A stretch of DNA of 64,000 bases from Sumerlaeia bacterium (GCA_040219255.1 JAVJSW010000077.1:96001-160000), one strand, 5' to 3'; positions 37,040 through 51,172 are shown, counted from the stretch's first letter. Translations and numbers: made by a program. The notes: a model not told the origin generated them from the letters alone.

Positions 37040-40000
37040 ATGAAAGCTCGCGCGCTTGTTACCCTCCTTGTCGGTGCCGCCATTGCGGTGGCCCTCGTGG
37101 CATTTCTGGAGGTGAGGCAAGGACCGAACCCAATCTCCGATCCCCCAGGACCAACCTCGCCACCGAGAGCCGCCATTCCCGCAGAGAAAAGTCTTCCGAG
37201 CGCACCGGCCTCCGAAGCTGAGCAGGCGGGCCTGGAACTTTCCAACCCCAGTTCCTCCGAGACAAACACCGCCGGGGCCGCCGACGGGGAATCGGCCGAT
37301 CCCGAGGCAGGGCTCTGGACTGGGCGCGTGGTGGCGGATGGAACCGGCGAAGCAGTCGCCGGGGCGCGTGTGGAATTGATCGAGTACGGCCTGCGGTCTA
37401 TGGCGATCGGGCAGGAAATCCGGGTGCTTGCCAGCGCGGAGACGGATGCGCAGGGGCGCTTTTCCATCCCTGACACCGGACCCGAGGACGAAACCCGGGC
37501 CATTCGAGCCTCCGCTCCGGGCTTTGCAAGTCGCATCGCCCTGCGCCGATTCGCACCCCCTGCCCTGCAAGACTTCACGGCGTTGGAGAACGTCGAAATC
37601 CGTCTGCAGGAGGCCGCCGCCGCGATATCGGGCCGCGTGGCCGACGCCGACGGCCGAGCCATCGCCGATGCCCGCGTGACCGTCACCGAGCAGGGGTCCT
37701 CCCCCCACGGCCAAACCGAGGACGTCTGGACCATGACAATGGTGCAGGTACAAACCTCGGCCGATGGCTCCTTCCAGGTGGAGGGTCTGCCGGCGAACCA
37801 GGAATTCGCGGTTAACGCCAAGGCGAAAGGCTACGGCCCGGTGACGAAGCGCGAAGTCAAATCGGGCGAAAGCGGTCTGCTCCTGACGCTGGAGGCTGCA
37901 ACCGCTTCGCTGACCGTCAAGGTGATCTCGGAAACCGGCGAACCGGTTGCTGATGCGCTCGTTGCCGTCTATCGCAGGTCGGAAGAATCCGGCTTCAACT
38001 CGGTCTTTATTGGCAAAGCCGACGCCGAAGGCATCGCCGATGTGGGAGCCGTTGTGGCGGGAGAGTTCTTCGCCTCGGCCAGCATCGAAGGCGAAGGCGA
38101 CGGATCGAAGCAAGTAACGCTGGCGGACGGCGAGCACCGGGACGTGACATTGACGCTTCCCTCTCCCGTGATGATTCGTGGCCGCGTCGTGATGGAAGAG
38201 ACGAACGAAGGTGTTCCCGGAGTGGTGTTGGCCAGCCAGTCATTGAGGTCCCCCCGGGCAAGTGCCCGCACGACGACCGGGCCCGATGGCCAGTTCGAAC
38301 TCAAGGTGGTTCCCAATGTCAGCCTGGGAGCGGATGGCGAGGAGAGCCATCGCTACGCGCCTCTCTATTTCGAAACGCCGCCGGGTCTCGTTTGCTCCTA
38401 CGCCAGCGATCATGGCAACGGCCCCATGGTCACGATCGGGGGCGACAACCTGGAAAAAGAAGCCGTGATCCGGCTTAGCGCGGGGCAGGAAGTCCGCGGC
38501 GTTGTCGTCAATTCCGAGGGAACGCCCGTCGGAATGGCGAGCGTGGAGGTCTACTTCGTAGCCAACGGAGGTTCATTGGGGGGTCCGAGCAACAACAAGC
38601 GGGCCCGGACCGCGAACGACGGCACCTTCAGCATCACCTTGCCCCTGCGCTCGCAGGCGCTCTTCCTGGCGGCCGCGGAGTTCGAAGGTGCCGCGCAGTC
38701 GGGTTTGCTATCGGAGGAGGCGCTGAATAAGCCGGTTCGCCTGGAATTGAAGAAATTCGCCGCCGTCTCCGGCAGGATTTCCGGCGGCCATGGGGAGCCT
38801 CTCGAGGAAATCCGCGTCACCGCATCGCGGACGATCCGGCTGCCTCTGATGCATTACAGCAATCAAATCAACTCTGTGAAGACAGACGGAGGCGGCTACT
38901 ACTTCCTTGAGAACCTCCCCAGCGGAGATTTGGAAATCAAAGTCGATGCCCCCGGCGACCTGGCCGATCCGGCGCCCGTCGAACTGACCCTCGAACCCGG
39001 CGATCTGCGCGAGAACGTCGACTTCAAGATCGTCGCTGGCGATGTGCTCGAAGTCGTCGTTCTCGATCGCGCCACCAAGGAGCCTATCGAGGGGGTCCGG
39101 CTTCACTGGCAGACAAACGGCAATTCTTCCTGGAATCCATCGGACCAGAAAACGGACGCCGAGGGCCGCTATACCATCACCGGACTTCCGCCCGACGGCA
39201 CCATCCAATGGATGTCCCTGAACCGAAACGGCTACGCCTACGAGAACGTGCGCTCCGCTTCCATGTACGACAGTCCCCTGACGATCTTCATGGACAAGCT
39301 GGGCAGGGCGACGCTACTGGCCAAGAAAGAAGACGGCACCCCCGTCCGCGCCTTCCGCTACCAACTCATTCACAACCCTGACTCCGAGCACCAATTCACC
39401 GGCCAATCGGGGCGATCCGATCCTGGCGCCGGCGAAGCCGATGTCTCCGAGCACGTCCAGACAGCGGCGGTCCGATTCATCGTTGAGGAACTGGACGAGC
39501 AAACCGGCGAACCGACCGGACTGAAGGGCTCGAAAGCCTACATCCGCGACACGCCCACGGACGACGTGACCATCGAAGCAGTCCTCAGTGGCGGTCTGCC
39601 GATGATCGGCAAAGTGGTCCGGTACGAATCGGGCAAACAACCCGTTGCCCAGGCCACCGTCCGCATGGTCCAGCCACGTAACAACTCCCAAATGGGGCGG
39701 CAAGCTCCCGCTTTAAAGGACCCGGTCACTACGGATGCGACTGGGACATTCCGCTTCGAGGACGTGCTGCCGGGAACCTACTTCCTGGTTGCCAAGGCCC
39801 CGGATGGCGAAGAGTCCCCCCCAACCGCCGCGACCCTCTCGGAAGAAGACCCCGCCAAGGAAGTGGAAGTTTTGATCGGTGGAAGTGTGGTTGTCTTCGG
39901 AACCGTGACGGATGAACATGGCGACCCCATCGAAGGCGCCCGCGTCGAAGCTGAAAACCACAACCGGGATGGCATGCCTATCGGCCAGAACGACAGCACG

Positions 40001-41053
40001 GACGCCGAAGGCAAGTACCGCATCGAAGGTCTGAGAGAGGGCTGGACGATGGTCACAATGTCTGTCCCAGACTCCAACTATCCCGAGCAAAATCAAAACT
40101 TCAACGCGGAGGTGGGGGAAGAAAGGGAACTCAACTTTGACGTCGGCCGCACCGTCCATGTTACGGGGCGGCTCACCCTCAACGGCGAGCCGCCCCGGGG
40201 CTTTCAGTGGCGCTTCGACCCCGCGGGCGAAGACACCGAAAACGACGCTGTGCTGACCCTGAACCCCGACGGCACCTATGAAACCCACGCCGAACCAGGA
40301 CGCTACACGCTCTGGCGGGAGACCAATTCGAATTCGTTGATCGGCAATTTCCCGCAAGGCGTTGTCTATGTCGAAGACACCCCCGACGTACAGCAGATCG
40401 ACATCGACTTGCACACCTCGCCCCTGGACGTCGTCGTGATTACCCCGCCGGGCAAGTCTTGGGCGGACATCCAGAGCGAACACGATCCCGTCATGAGCGT
40501 CGAACAGCGCTACTCCACCGGCGACTGGGGCACGGTGATCTGGGAAGCCAGCGCCGGCGAATCGCGCCGCTTGCTGGACGTGCCATCGGGCGAGTACCGG
40601 CTTTCACTTCGCGCTGGCGATGGCAACGGCGAACCGCTCGCCCGCTCCGAACCCGTTCCCGTCGGACCGGAGGAGGAAAACATCGCCGTCCTCGAATTCC
40701 TCGATGCCGAACCCCGCACCTACACCCTCACGGTCACTCTGCCCCCCGGCGACTATGAATACAAGTTCTGGCTGGAAGAAACCGACTCCTGGTTCTCCGA
40801 TCCGCTCAATCCCGAGAGCAACCCCGAAGCCAACGACAACTCCATTGTCCACGTCCCCGGCGGCGCCAAGGACCCGGAAACGGGGCGCCGCGCCGACTCG
40901 CCCCAAGTCAACGACGCCACCGGCGAAGTCACCTTCCTCTTCTCCGCCCCCGCCTCGACGGCCCGCACGGCCTACCTCCGCAACAGCAGTAACAACTGGG
41001 CTCCCGCGCCCGAATTCCAGATGACTCCGGTCGAATCCCCCGGCGGTCAGTAA
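37040..41053 (+). CDS. carboxypeptidase-regulatory-like repeat protein, paralog B, with a C-terminal CBM48-like domain
   Basis: Colinear with paralog A (DGEHRDVTL, S.YDSP, NFPQGVV, QR.STG); C-terminal LPPGDYEYKF...DPLNP...NS. Confidence 0.85.
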   Translation: MKARALVTLLVGAAIAVALVAFLEVRQGPNPISDPPGPTSPPRAAIPAEKSLPSAPASEAEQAGLELSNPSSSETNTAGAADGESADPEAGLWTGRVVADGTGEAVAGARVELIEYGLRSMAIGQEIRVLASAETDAQGRFSIPDTGPEDETRAIRASAPGFASRIALRRFAPPALQDFTALENVEIRLQEAAAAISGRVADADGRAIADARVTVTEQGSSPHGQTEDVWTMTMVQVQTSADGSFQVEGLPANQEFAVNAKAKGYGPVTKREVKSGESGLLLTLEAATASLTVKVISETGEPVADALVAVYRRSEESGFNSVFIGKADAEGIADVGAVVAGEFFASASIEGEGDGSKQVTLADGEHRDVTLTLPSPVMIRGRVVMEETNEGVPGVVLASQSLRSPRASARTTTGPDGQFELKVVPNVSLGADGEESHRYAPLYFETPPGLVCSYASDHGNGPMVTIGGDNLEKEAVIRLSAGQEVRGVVVNSEGTPVGMASVEVYFVANGGSLGGPSNNKRARTANDGTFSITLPLRSQALFLAAAEFEGAAQSGLLSEEALNKPVRLELKKFAAVSGRISGGHGEPLEEIRVTASRTIRLPLMHYSNQINSVKTDGGGYYFLENLPSGDLEIKVDAPGDLADPAPVELTLEPGDLRENVDFKIVAGDVLEVVVLDRATKEPIEGVRLHWQTNGNSSWNPSDQKTDAEGRYTITGLPPDGTIQWMSLNRNGYAYENVRSASMYDSPLTIFMDKLGRATLLAKKEDGTPVRAFRYQLIHNPDSEHQFTGQSGRSDPGAGEADVSEHVQTAAVRFIVEELDEQTGEPTGLKGSKAYIRDTPTDDVTIEAVLSGGLPMIGKVVRYESGKQPVAQATVRMVQPRNNSQMGRQAPALKDPVTTDATGTFRFEDVLPGTYFLVAKAPDGEESPPTAATLSEEDPAKEVEVLIGGSVVVFGTVTDEHGDPIEGARVEAENHNRDGMPIGQNDSTDAEGKYRIEGLREGWTMVTMSVPDSNYPEQNQNFNAEVGEERELNFDVGRTVHVTGRLTLNGEPPRGFQWRFDPAGEDTENDAVLTLNPDGTYETHAEPGRYTLWRETNSNSLIGNFPQGVVYVEDTPDVQQIDIDLHTSPLDVVVITPPGKSWADIQSEHDPVMSVEQRYSTGDWGTVIWEASAGESRRLLDVPSGEYRLSLRAGDGNGEPLARSEPVPVGPEEENIAVLEFLDAEPRTYTLTVTLPPGDYEYKFWLEETDSWFSDPLNPESNPEANDNSIVHVPGGAKDPETGRRADSPQVNDATGEVTFLFSAPASTARTAYLRNSSNNWAPAPEFQMTPVESPGGQ

Positions 41054-43467
41054 GCCGCCACCGGCGGCCCCGGCAGGCGCCGCGCCACAAAACGCACCAC
41101 CGTGATGGGGCGGTCGTCCGCCGGGTTGTAGCCGTCGAAATCGATCCGCAGCATCGTCAGCGGTTCGGGCTGAAAGAACCAGTCCGGGTGCTCGCTCATC
41201 GGGATCGTGGCGCGCCATTGGCCCTCGCCCCCGCCTTCGGCCAGCGGCAGCGGCTCGATGCCGCCGAGGACCGAGTTGCGCTCGATGAACGGCGAATTCG
41301 CTGTCGCCCAATAAACCTGCACCGGTTGGTTTTCGAGGTCCCGCTCGCTGCGCAGCTCCACCTCCAGCACATCGAAGGTCTGCGCCAGGATCGGCTTCGG
41401 CAGCACCACTTCGAGGCCTGGCCCGATTTGCCGCATAGCGTTCAAGACAAGACCCTCGCCCCGCTTTGGCTCGGCCTGGAAACCGAGCGCTTTGCCCGAC
41501 GCGAACGGCCCGCGCGCCGCATCGGCCAGAACCGTGCGCTCCTGGTCCCCATAAACCCGCTGGCGGCCGTTGGCGATGCCGCGCAGGAACGCCGACTTCC
41601 GCCCCTCCCAGGCCGCCGCCGCGGCCTCCGGATCGGCCACGCGCGCCAGCGCCGAGCGCCCATCGGGCGAGAGCCGCACCTCCAGGCGCGGGTCGTCCAC
41701 GATGGCGGCCGTTTGCTCCGGCGACGACGTCACGATCCACGGCATCGGCTCCATCGCCGCCAGCACCCCCAGCGACCGCGTCGAGGGCAGGTCGCTCAGC
41801 ACCAGCATCAGCTCGTCGTAACCCAAATCGATCGGCGGGTTCGGCCAGCCGTTCACCATCGGGCGCCACCGCAGCCCCGCCCGCGACGCCAGCCCGGCAT
41901 AGCAATTCTGGGGGTCCGGCAGGGCTACGAACGGCTCCGCGAAGGAGGGATCGCGCTCCGCCAACATCGTCAGCGCCGCCTGATCCTGAATCGGCGTGAA
42001 GCGCGGCACGAACTGCACGGGCCAGTGCTCCACCACCGCCAGCGCCGCCGCCCCCGCCGCCACGCCCAGCCCCACGCGCGCCCGCGCGGCGATCAGACTC
42101 GCCAGGAAAACCGCCACGGAAATGGCCGAGAAAAGCTGGAAGACGGTCGCGAAGCGCGCCGGGACTCGAAAGAACTTCAGCGGCGCCAGCAAGACCTCGT
42201 ACACCACCAGGAACGGCCCCGGCCGCCAATCGCCCCAATACGGCCCCATCGAGCATAAGAACGCGAACCCCGCCATGCCCAGCGCCAGCGCCGAAAGCCG
42301 CTCCAGCGCCCTCCACCTCCGCCGCGCCGCCAGCCACCCGAGTCGCCCCGCCTCGGCCAGCAGCAGAACCAGCAAACCGTAGCCGATGAACTGGGCGTCC
42401 TCGCCGACGGTGCGTGGCGGGGCGTCCCCGGGGGCGAAGAGTTCGCTCAACGGCGACGTCAACCGCCCCGGCTGCCATGGCGGCGCGATCCAGCCGGCGA
42501 GGCTCGCCGAGTGAATGATGTTTTCGCTCAGGCCCCCGCGATACGCCCCCACCTTCTCCCCCGCCCGCGCGTACACCAGAAGCGTCGGCGCCATCAGAAC
42601 CACCGCGATCCCCGCCGCCGCGGCCAGCGTCAACAGACCCTGGCGCGATGGCTTTCTCCACAGCGCCAGCGGCGCCGCCACAACCCCGGCCAGCCCGCAG
42701 AACGCCGCGAACACCAGCAGGTAGAACGAACACCACAGCGCCGCCAACCCCGCCAAGCCCGCCAGCACCGCGCTCCGCCACCCCGGCCGCGCCATCACCC
42801 GCCAGCCCGCCCAGAACGCCAGCGGCAGCACGAATGTCCAGACCTGATTGATATGGCCCGCGCTGTGCCACCACCGGTCCGTATTGATCGCCATCAGCAC
42901 CGCCGCCGCCGCCGCCGCCGCCCGAGGCACCGGCGTCACATCCCGCAGCATCGCGTACATCGCCCACAGCGCCGTCCAAAGCGCCATCAACATCCCGAAA
43001 TTATAGATCAACGCGAACCGATGCGTCAGCCACCACAGCGGCGTCACGAACACCGCCGGCACCACAATCGGGTCCATGTTCGTCAACGCGTCCGCCTGCG
43101 GATAGAACGCCGGCGCGTCGAAAAACGCCCACGGCGCCCTCCACCACACATCCGCCGCCCAGCCCAGCAAATACCCGTTAATCACCGCGTCGCCGTAAGG
43201 CATCTTCGACGCCATCGTCCCGATTGGCGTGATGGCCTGGAACGCGATCAGCCCCACCACCGCCAGCGCCCCCAGCCACAACCAATCCGCCCGCGACCAG
43301 GCCGCCCGCGCGAGGCCCAGCCCGCAATCCACGCGAGGCGCCGCCCCTCGCTTCTCCGCTCCCTCCGCCGAATCCCGCGGAACCTCCGGGAGTTTCGCGG
43401 GCCCGGGGGCCGAGGGCGAGGCAGCGCCCCCTTTCGCCTTCGGCTTGCTTCGGCGCGGTTTCGCCAT
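41047..43467 (-). CDS. polytopic membrane protein, GT-C/YfhO-like
   Basis: GD...N.Y...W, FFDAPAFYP, LCSMGP, FRVPARF and NGW motifs; many TMs. Confidence 0.75.
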   Translation of the reverse strand: MAKPRRSKPKAKGGAASPSAPGPAKLPEVPRDSAEGAEKRGAAPRVDCGLGLARAAWSRADWLWLGALAVVGLIAFQAITPIGTMASKMPYGDAVINGYLLGWAADVWWRAPWAFFDAPAFYPQADALTNMDPIVVPAVFVTPLWWLTHRFALIYNFGMLMALWTALWAMYAMLRDVTPVPRAAAAAAAVLMAINTDRWWHSAGHINQVWTFVLPLAFWAGWRVMARPGWRSAVLAGLAGLAALWCSFYLLVFAAFCGLAGVVAAPLALWRKPSRQGLLTLAAAAGIAVVLMAPTLLVYARAGEKVGAYRGGLSENIIHSASLAGWIAPPWQPGRLTSPLSELFAPGDAPPRTVGEDAQFIGYGLLVLLLAEAGRLGWLAARRRWRALERLSALALGMAGFAFLCSMGPYWGDWRPGPFLVVYEVLLAPLKFFRVPARFATVFQLFSAISVAVFLASLIAARARVGLGVAAGAAALAVVEHWPVQFVPRFTPIQDQAALTMLAERDPSFAEPFVALPDPQNCYAGLASRAGLRWRPMVNGWPNPPIDLGYDELMLVLSDLPSTRSLGVLAAMEPMPWIVTSSPEQTAAIVDDPRLEVRLSPDGRSALARVADPEAAAAAWEGRKSAFLRGIANGRQRVYGDQERTVLADAARGPFASGKALGFQAEPKRGEGLVLNAMRQIGPGLEVVLPKPILAQTFDVLEVELRSERDLENQPVQVYWATANSPFIERNSVLGGIEPLPLAEGGGEGQWRATIPMSEHPDWFFQPEPLTMLRIDFDGYNPADDRPITVVRFVARRLPGPPVAAY

Positions 43468-43669
43468 CGGTGCGGTCAGCCTTACTCAGGAAATACTGTC
43501 CTCAGCTAGGCCCCAACGCCCCCACGGGCAAGAGGCTTGTTGTCCCCGCCTTCCCGATCCGCCCGATGTCCCTTTAGTGCAACAAGTGTATCTTGTCTTT
43601 TTTGCTCCCGAAGCTCCACATGAGGGGACAACCGGCCAGACCTGTGAGAGGGTCTTTTTCAGACGCCAC
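43395..43669 (-). repeat. ~275-bp leader plus N-terminus repeat, copy 1
   Basis: The reverse complement aligns along its whole length with 55691-55963. Confidence 0.92.
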
Positions 43670-43853
43670 CTTTCGGAACGACCATCCCATGAAATCCTCA
43701 CCCCCCCCTCAATTCGTCTCCCGGATCACAAACTCCGAGCCAACCGCACGCCCTGCTCCTTTCTTGAACCCTTGCCCCGAGCAACCAGACATCAGAGCAT
43801 CGGCTCGCCTGCTCGACCCACCAAACTCTCCCGAATCACTCAGGACCGGTCCT

Positions 43854-45170
43854 ATGAAACTGCGCAGCCTTCTTCCTGCTCTTGTCTTAACTGTTTCCCT
43901 GGCACTTCCCCTCGGCGCGGAAACCGTTCTCCAAACAGACGACCCACCCACCACTCCCATTGCTGTGCAATTTGTCCTTCCGGACAATATCACCCCCGCA
44001 GGCGGAGCCCTCCTGCGGTTTGATACCACGAACCTGAGGCCGCAAGACTCCAACTATACCGACGAATCCGGCAGCATTACCCTCCTATGGGTTGGCGAAT
44101 ACCAGCCATGGGGCGGACTCTTGATCAGCCACGACGAATCGAACTCCTCTGCCTTCATTCCTGTCGGACTTACCAGAGACGGCGAGTGGCCCTACAAGGA
44201 TCAATCCATTCCCCTGAAACAGGACGCGCAGGTTCGTGGCTCAGTCACTCCATACACGCAGCCTGAACACGGGGATCCGCGCATGGTCGCCTATCGATAC
44301 ATCATTCAGGACAACGAGATCAAACCCAGGTATTCCGAATCCACCTTGATCCATCCCGACGGAACGTGGGCTTTCGAGAATCTGGCACCAGGTTCGGTTT
44401 CCTTCAAACCCAACTATGCCTATCGAGACGAAATCATTACGACTCACGCTCCCGACTATGTATTTCAGAGCGGCGACTGGATCGATGTCTTGCCTCGAGA
44501 TGACATCCGGGACGTCGTCATTCAAGTCACCGACGAACTGGAGGCCCCACCCACGCCCTCATTCAGAGCCCCATCGACAACCAAGACCCTGCAGCATCCG
44601 CTCGTGGAAGTCACTGGCCGCTTCACGATCAATGGGGAAAAACCCGGCGCTGGAGAATACCCGAAGTTTTGGACGATGAATCTCAGGGATATCGATATTG
44701 GCAACTCCTCGTCACCCCTTTTTGGAAGAAAATCCTACCCCACCGATTTGAATGGAGGATTTCGTGCCCTGCTGGAACCCGATACCTATGCTCTTGGGCC
44801 AATCATCGGGAGCCGAACAAGACTCGGAAAGGATGCGCTTCATCCCAAAGTCTTTCGAATCCCCGATACCTCAGCTCGGCACGACCTTGGAACCATCGAC
44901 TTTCCCGTGGGTTCGCTGACTGTTGTGGTGCCTCCTGGCTCCCAAGAGATTAAAGTCGATGCCATCTCCACTCAAACCGGGCATACAGAAATGGTCGCCT
45001 ACCTTTCGCCTGGGACGACAACAACTTTGTCTCCCCTGATCGCTGGGCAATACCGCCTTTCCACAATTACCCTCTCCGCGGACCGCTTCTTCACACCCTT
45101 TTTCGAAGTCGAAAAAGGCGAGCATTTGACGGTCACCGCACCCTCTGGTCCGGATTACCACCACCCCTAG
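43854..45170 (+). CDS. secreted hypothetical protein, distantly related to the C-terminal part of paralogs A/B
   Basis: Signal peptide MKLRSLLPALVL...LGA; VEVTGRFTINGEKP and GGFRALLEPDTY segments; less GC-biased codons. Confidence 0.75.
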   Translation: MKLRSLLPALVLTVSLALPLGAETVLQTDDPPTTPIAVQFVLPDNITPAGGALLRFDTTNLRPQDSNYTDESGSITLLWVGEYQPWGGLLISHDESNSSAFIPVGLTRDGEWPYKDQSIPLKQDAQVRGSVTPYTQPEHGDPRMVAYRYIIQDNEIKPRYSESTLIHPDGTWAFENLAPGSVSFKPNYAYRDEIITTHAPDYVFQSGDWIDVLPRDDIRDVVIQVTDELEAPPTPSFRAPSTTKTLQHPLVEVTGRFTINGEKPGAGEYPKFWTMNLRDIDIGNSSSPLFGRKSYPTDLNGGFRALLEPDTYALGPIIGSRTRLGKDALHPKVFRIPDTSARHDLGTIDFPVGSLTVVVPPGSQEIKVDAISTQTGHTEMVAYLSPGTTTTLSPLIAGQYRLSTITLSADRFFTPFFEVEKGEHLTVTAPSGPDYHHP

Positions 45171-45281
45171 CCATTCCCCCCTTGACCTCAAATCAGCATA
45201 TCATGATATTCGAAAACGCCTTGTGCGGCGCGCCCCGCCGCCTCACCCTCTCCATCCATTCTCTCAGGAGCCCTCTCAATC

Positions 45282-49037
<3,756 letters not shown>

Positions 49038-49431
49038 CACGAGACTGGACGGACGAAGGGGGCGGCAGAGCCTATCTGCCTCTGGATTTTCGGTTCACAA
49101 ATCGAGAAGAATTTAAACCGGTCCAATTCTGAAACCGTCCCCTGGGCGGACGGGTGAATCGGGAAGGCTCACATTTTTCTCACAGAATCCTCATTTGTCT
49201 TGTAAAACCAGGGGTTTGGACAGACATGGTTTTGTTGCAGGCAACGAATGTCGAGGTCCTGACCAGATTTTTCCCCACTCCGACCACGGTCTCTCCTTGC
49301 GTTGGAGGCGTAACTCGTTTAGGTGAAGGGGTTCAGAGCCAGCCATTCGTGTGGGTCTTTTCCAGGGCGACTCGCCCGTGCTGGCGCTATTGAAGGTTGC
49401 GATTGATTTTCGCCTCGAAAAGGAGGCTGAC

Positions 49432-51093
49432 GTGGCGCATCGTGTTGAGCTTGCACCCGTCCGGGAGGATACCCGTTTGCGGTCGTCCTACCATTTGTGG
49501 ACAAGAATGAGCGATGAGGCCTTCGGAGACGTGCGCCGCATAGCTCGCGATTGGTTTCGCGACATGTGGGACGGATGGACCCCCGGAGACCTTCCCATCA
49601 CCGAAGAGAGTTTCGAACGATCGCTGAATGGCAATCGGTGCGAAGGAGTCTTTCTTCCCGATCAAAAAGTTTGGACGGTGCACGTTAACCGTCTCGACCG
49701 CGACGTTCCCGGCCTCGCCCACGTCCTGGACCTGAGCGTCTTCCTCCGGGCCGGCGCCACCAACTTCGTCCTGCGCACCCGCCAGACCCGCCCTCCCGTC
49801 GGCGAGAACAGCGTGACGCCGGAATTGCCCTCCCTCGTCCAGGAGGTGGCCGACGCCGTTCCGATGGCGGAGGCCGCTCCCATCGATGGCAAACCGCTGG
49901 AACTCGAAGGCGAAGACGACCTGGATGTCTTCGACAATCTGCTGACCCACCCGCGCCGCTCCCTGGGCGTCATCCTCCTGACCGAGGCGGACACCCAGAA
50001 GGTCCGCCTTCCGGTCAACGAGCGCTTCATCCTCAATCCGCACGTTCTGGCCAAACGCATGCAGGGCGCGGCCTATGTGGCCACCATGCCCAAGCACCTG
50101 ACCTATCACTGGACCGACCGCGTGGGCCGCGAGTGGTCGGCCTTTATGGGCGCCGCCCGCCTGTTCCGCCCCGGAATCCGGGACTACCATCTGGACAACG
50201 GGCGCGAGCACGGGTTCTGGATGGCCGACCGCATCATGCTGTGGGAGTACCATGGCGAACGGGGCGAGCACGCCTTCGCCAATTTCCTTCTCGATCAGGC
50301 GTTGATCTGCAACGCCCTCAGCCCCCTGACCCACGAGGAATCGGTGCCGTTCGTGGACACGGCGCAGGCTCACGCGGGAGCCGAGACGGCCAGCGACCGC
50401 GATTGGCAGGCCCCGGTCCTGGAAACCGACCCGGACACGCAACGCCAGATCGCCAACCTGCGGAGCCAATTGGAAGAAGTGCAGCGGTCGGCGGAGCAGT
50501 GGGAGGAGAGCGCCCTCGCCGCCCGGGAAAGCAACCTGATCCTGCGGGGCCGCATCGTCGAACTCGAGCATGGCTTCGCCCGCGCCACAGGCCGCCTGCC
50601 AATCTCCGACATGCCGGTTTGCCTGGCGGCGGATTCGATGCCGCGATGGGTGCGAAGCACCATGGCGGGGCGGCTGGTGCTCCACTCTCGCGCCGAAGCC
50701 GGATGGAAAGCGACCGCTTGCGAGGACGCGCTGCCGCTTTGCCTCGCCCTCCAACTCCTGGCCCGCGACTACCGCGACATGCGGCTGCGGGAAGGCGGCA
50801 ACGAGGACACAGACGCCCGCGCCACGTTCAACCGCAGGCTCGCCGAGCAAGGGCTGACTCTTCAGCGCTCGAGCGTGCTGGAGTCGCTTTCCCCCTCGGC
50901 GGCCGATCTGATGTATGTGGACTGGAACGGACGCCGCGAAAAGCTGGCCTGGGTTCTCAGCCCCGTCGGCTCGGAAGCCTCGGCTGCCCATCCCGCCCCC
51001 GGCTCCATCCCTCACGTCACCTTCTTCTGGGATGGAGACAGCGAGCAGGTGGTCGTCGGCGCGCTGATCCCAAATTCGTCGCTGAAGGCTTAG
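49432..51093 (+). CDS. hypothetical protein with a central coiled coil
   Basis: Long ORF; AAGGAGG before GTG 49432 (alternative start 49351); QRQIANLRSQLEEVQRS coiled coil; FFWD..SEQVVVG C-terminus. Confidence 0.8.
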   Translation: MAHRVELAPVREDTRLRSSYHLWTRMSDEAFGDVRRIARDWFRDMWDGWTPGDLPITEESFERSLNGNRCEGVFLPDQKVWTVHVNRLDRDVPGLAHVLDLSVFLRAGATNFVLRTRQTRPPVGENSVTPELPSLVQEVADAVPMAEAAPIDGKPLELEGEDDLDVFDNLLTHPRRSLGVILLTEADTQKVRLPVNERFILNPHVLAKRMQGAAYVATMPKHLTYHWTDRVGREWSAFMGAARLFRPGIRDYHLDNGREHGFWMADRIMLWEYHGERGEHAFANFLLDQALICNALSPLTHEESVPFVDTAQAHAGAETASDRDWQAPVLETDPDTQRQIANLRSQLEEVQRSAEQWEESALAARESNLILRGRIVELEHGFARATGRLPISDMPVCLAADSMPRWVRSTMAGRLVLHSRAEAGWKATACEDALPLCLALQLLARDYRDMRLREGGNEDTDARATFNRRLAEQGLTLQRSSVLESLSPSAADLMYVDWNGRREKLAWVLSPVGSEASAAHPAPGSIPHVTFFWDGDSEQVVVGALIPNSSLKA

Positions 51094-51136
51094 GAGCTGG
51101 CAGGACGCGAACCCGTTTGGCCCCCCGCTTGCTTAC

Positions 51137-51172
51137 ACCGCCCGCACCGCTGCGGGCGGTCATTTTTATTTC
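51137..51172 (+). terminator. intrinsic terminator
   Basis: accgcccgca ccgc tgcgggcggt followed by catttttattt. Confidence 0.75.

Noticed and set aside
45171-45281. SAM or cobalamin riboswitch before metH
   Set aside because: The spacer is only about 110 nt and shows no recognisable consensus.
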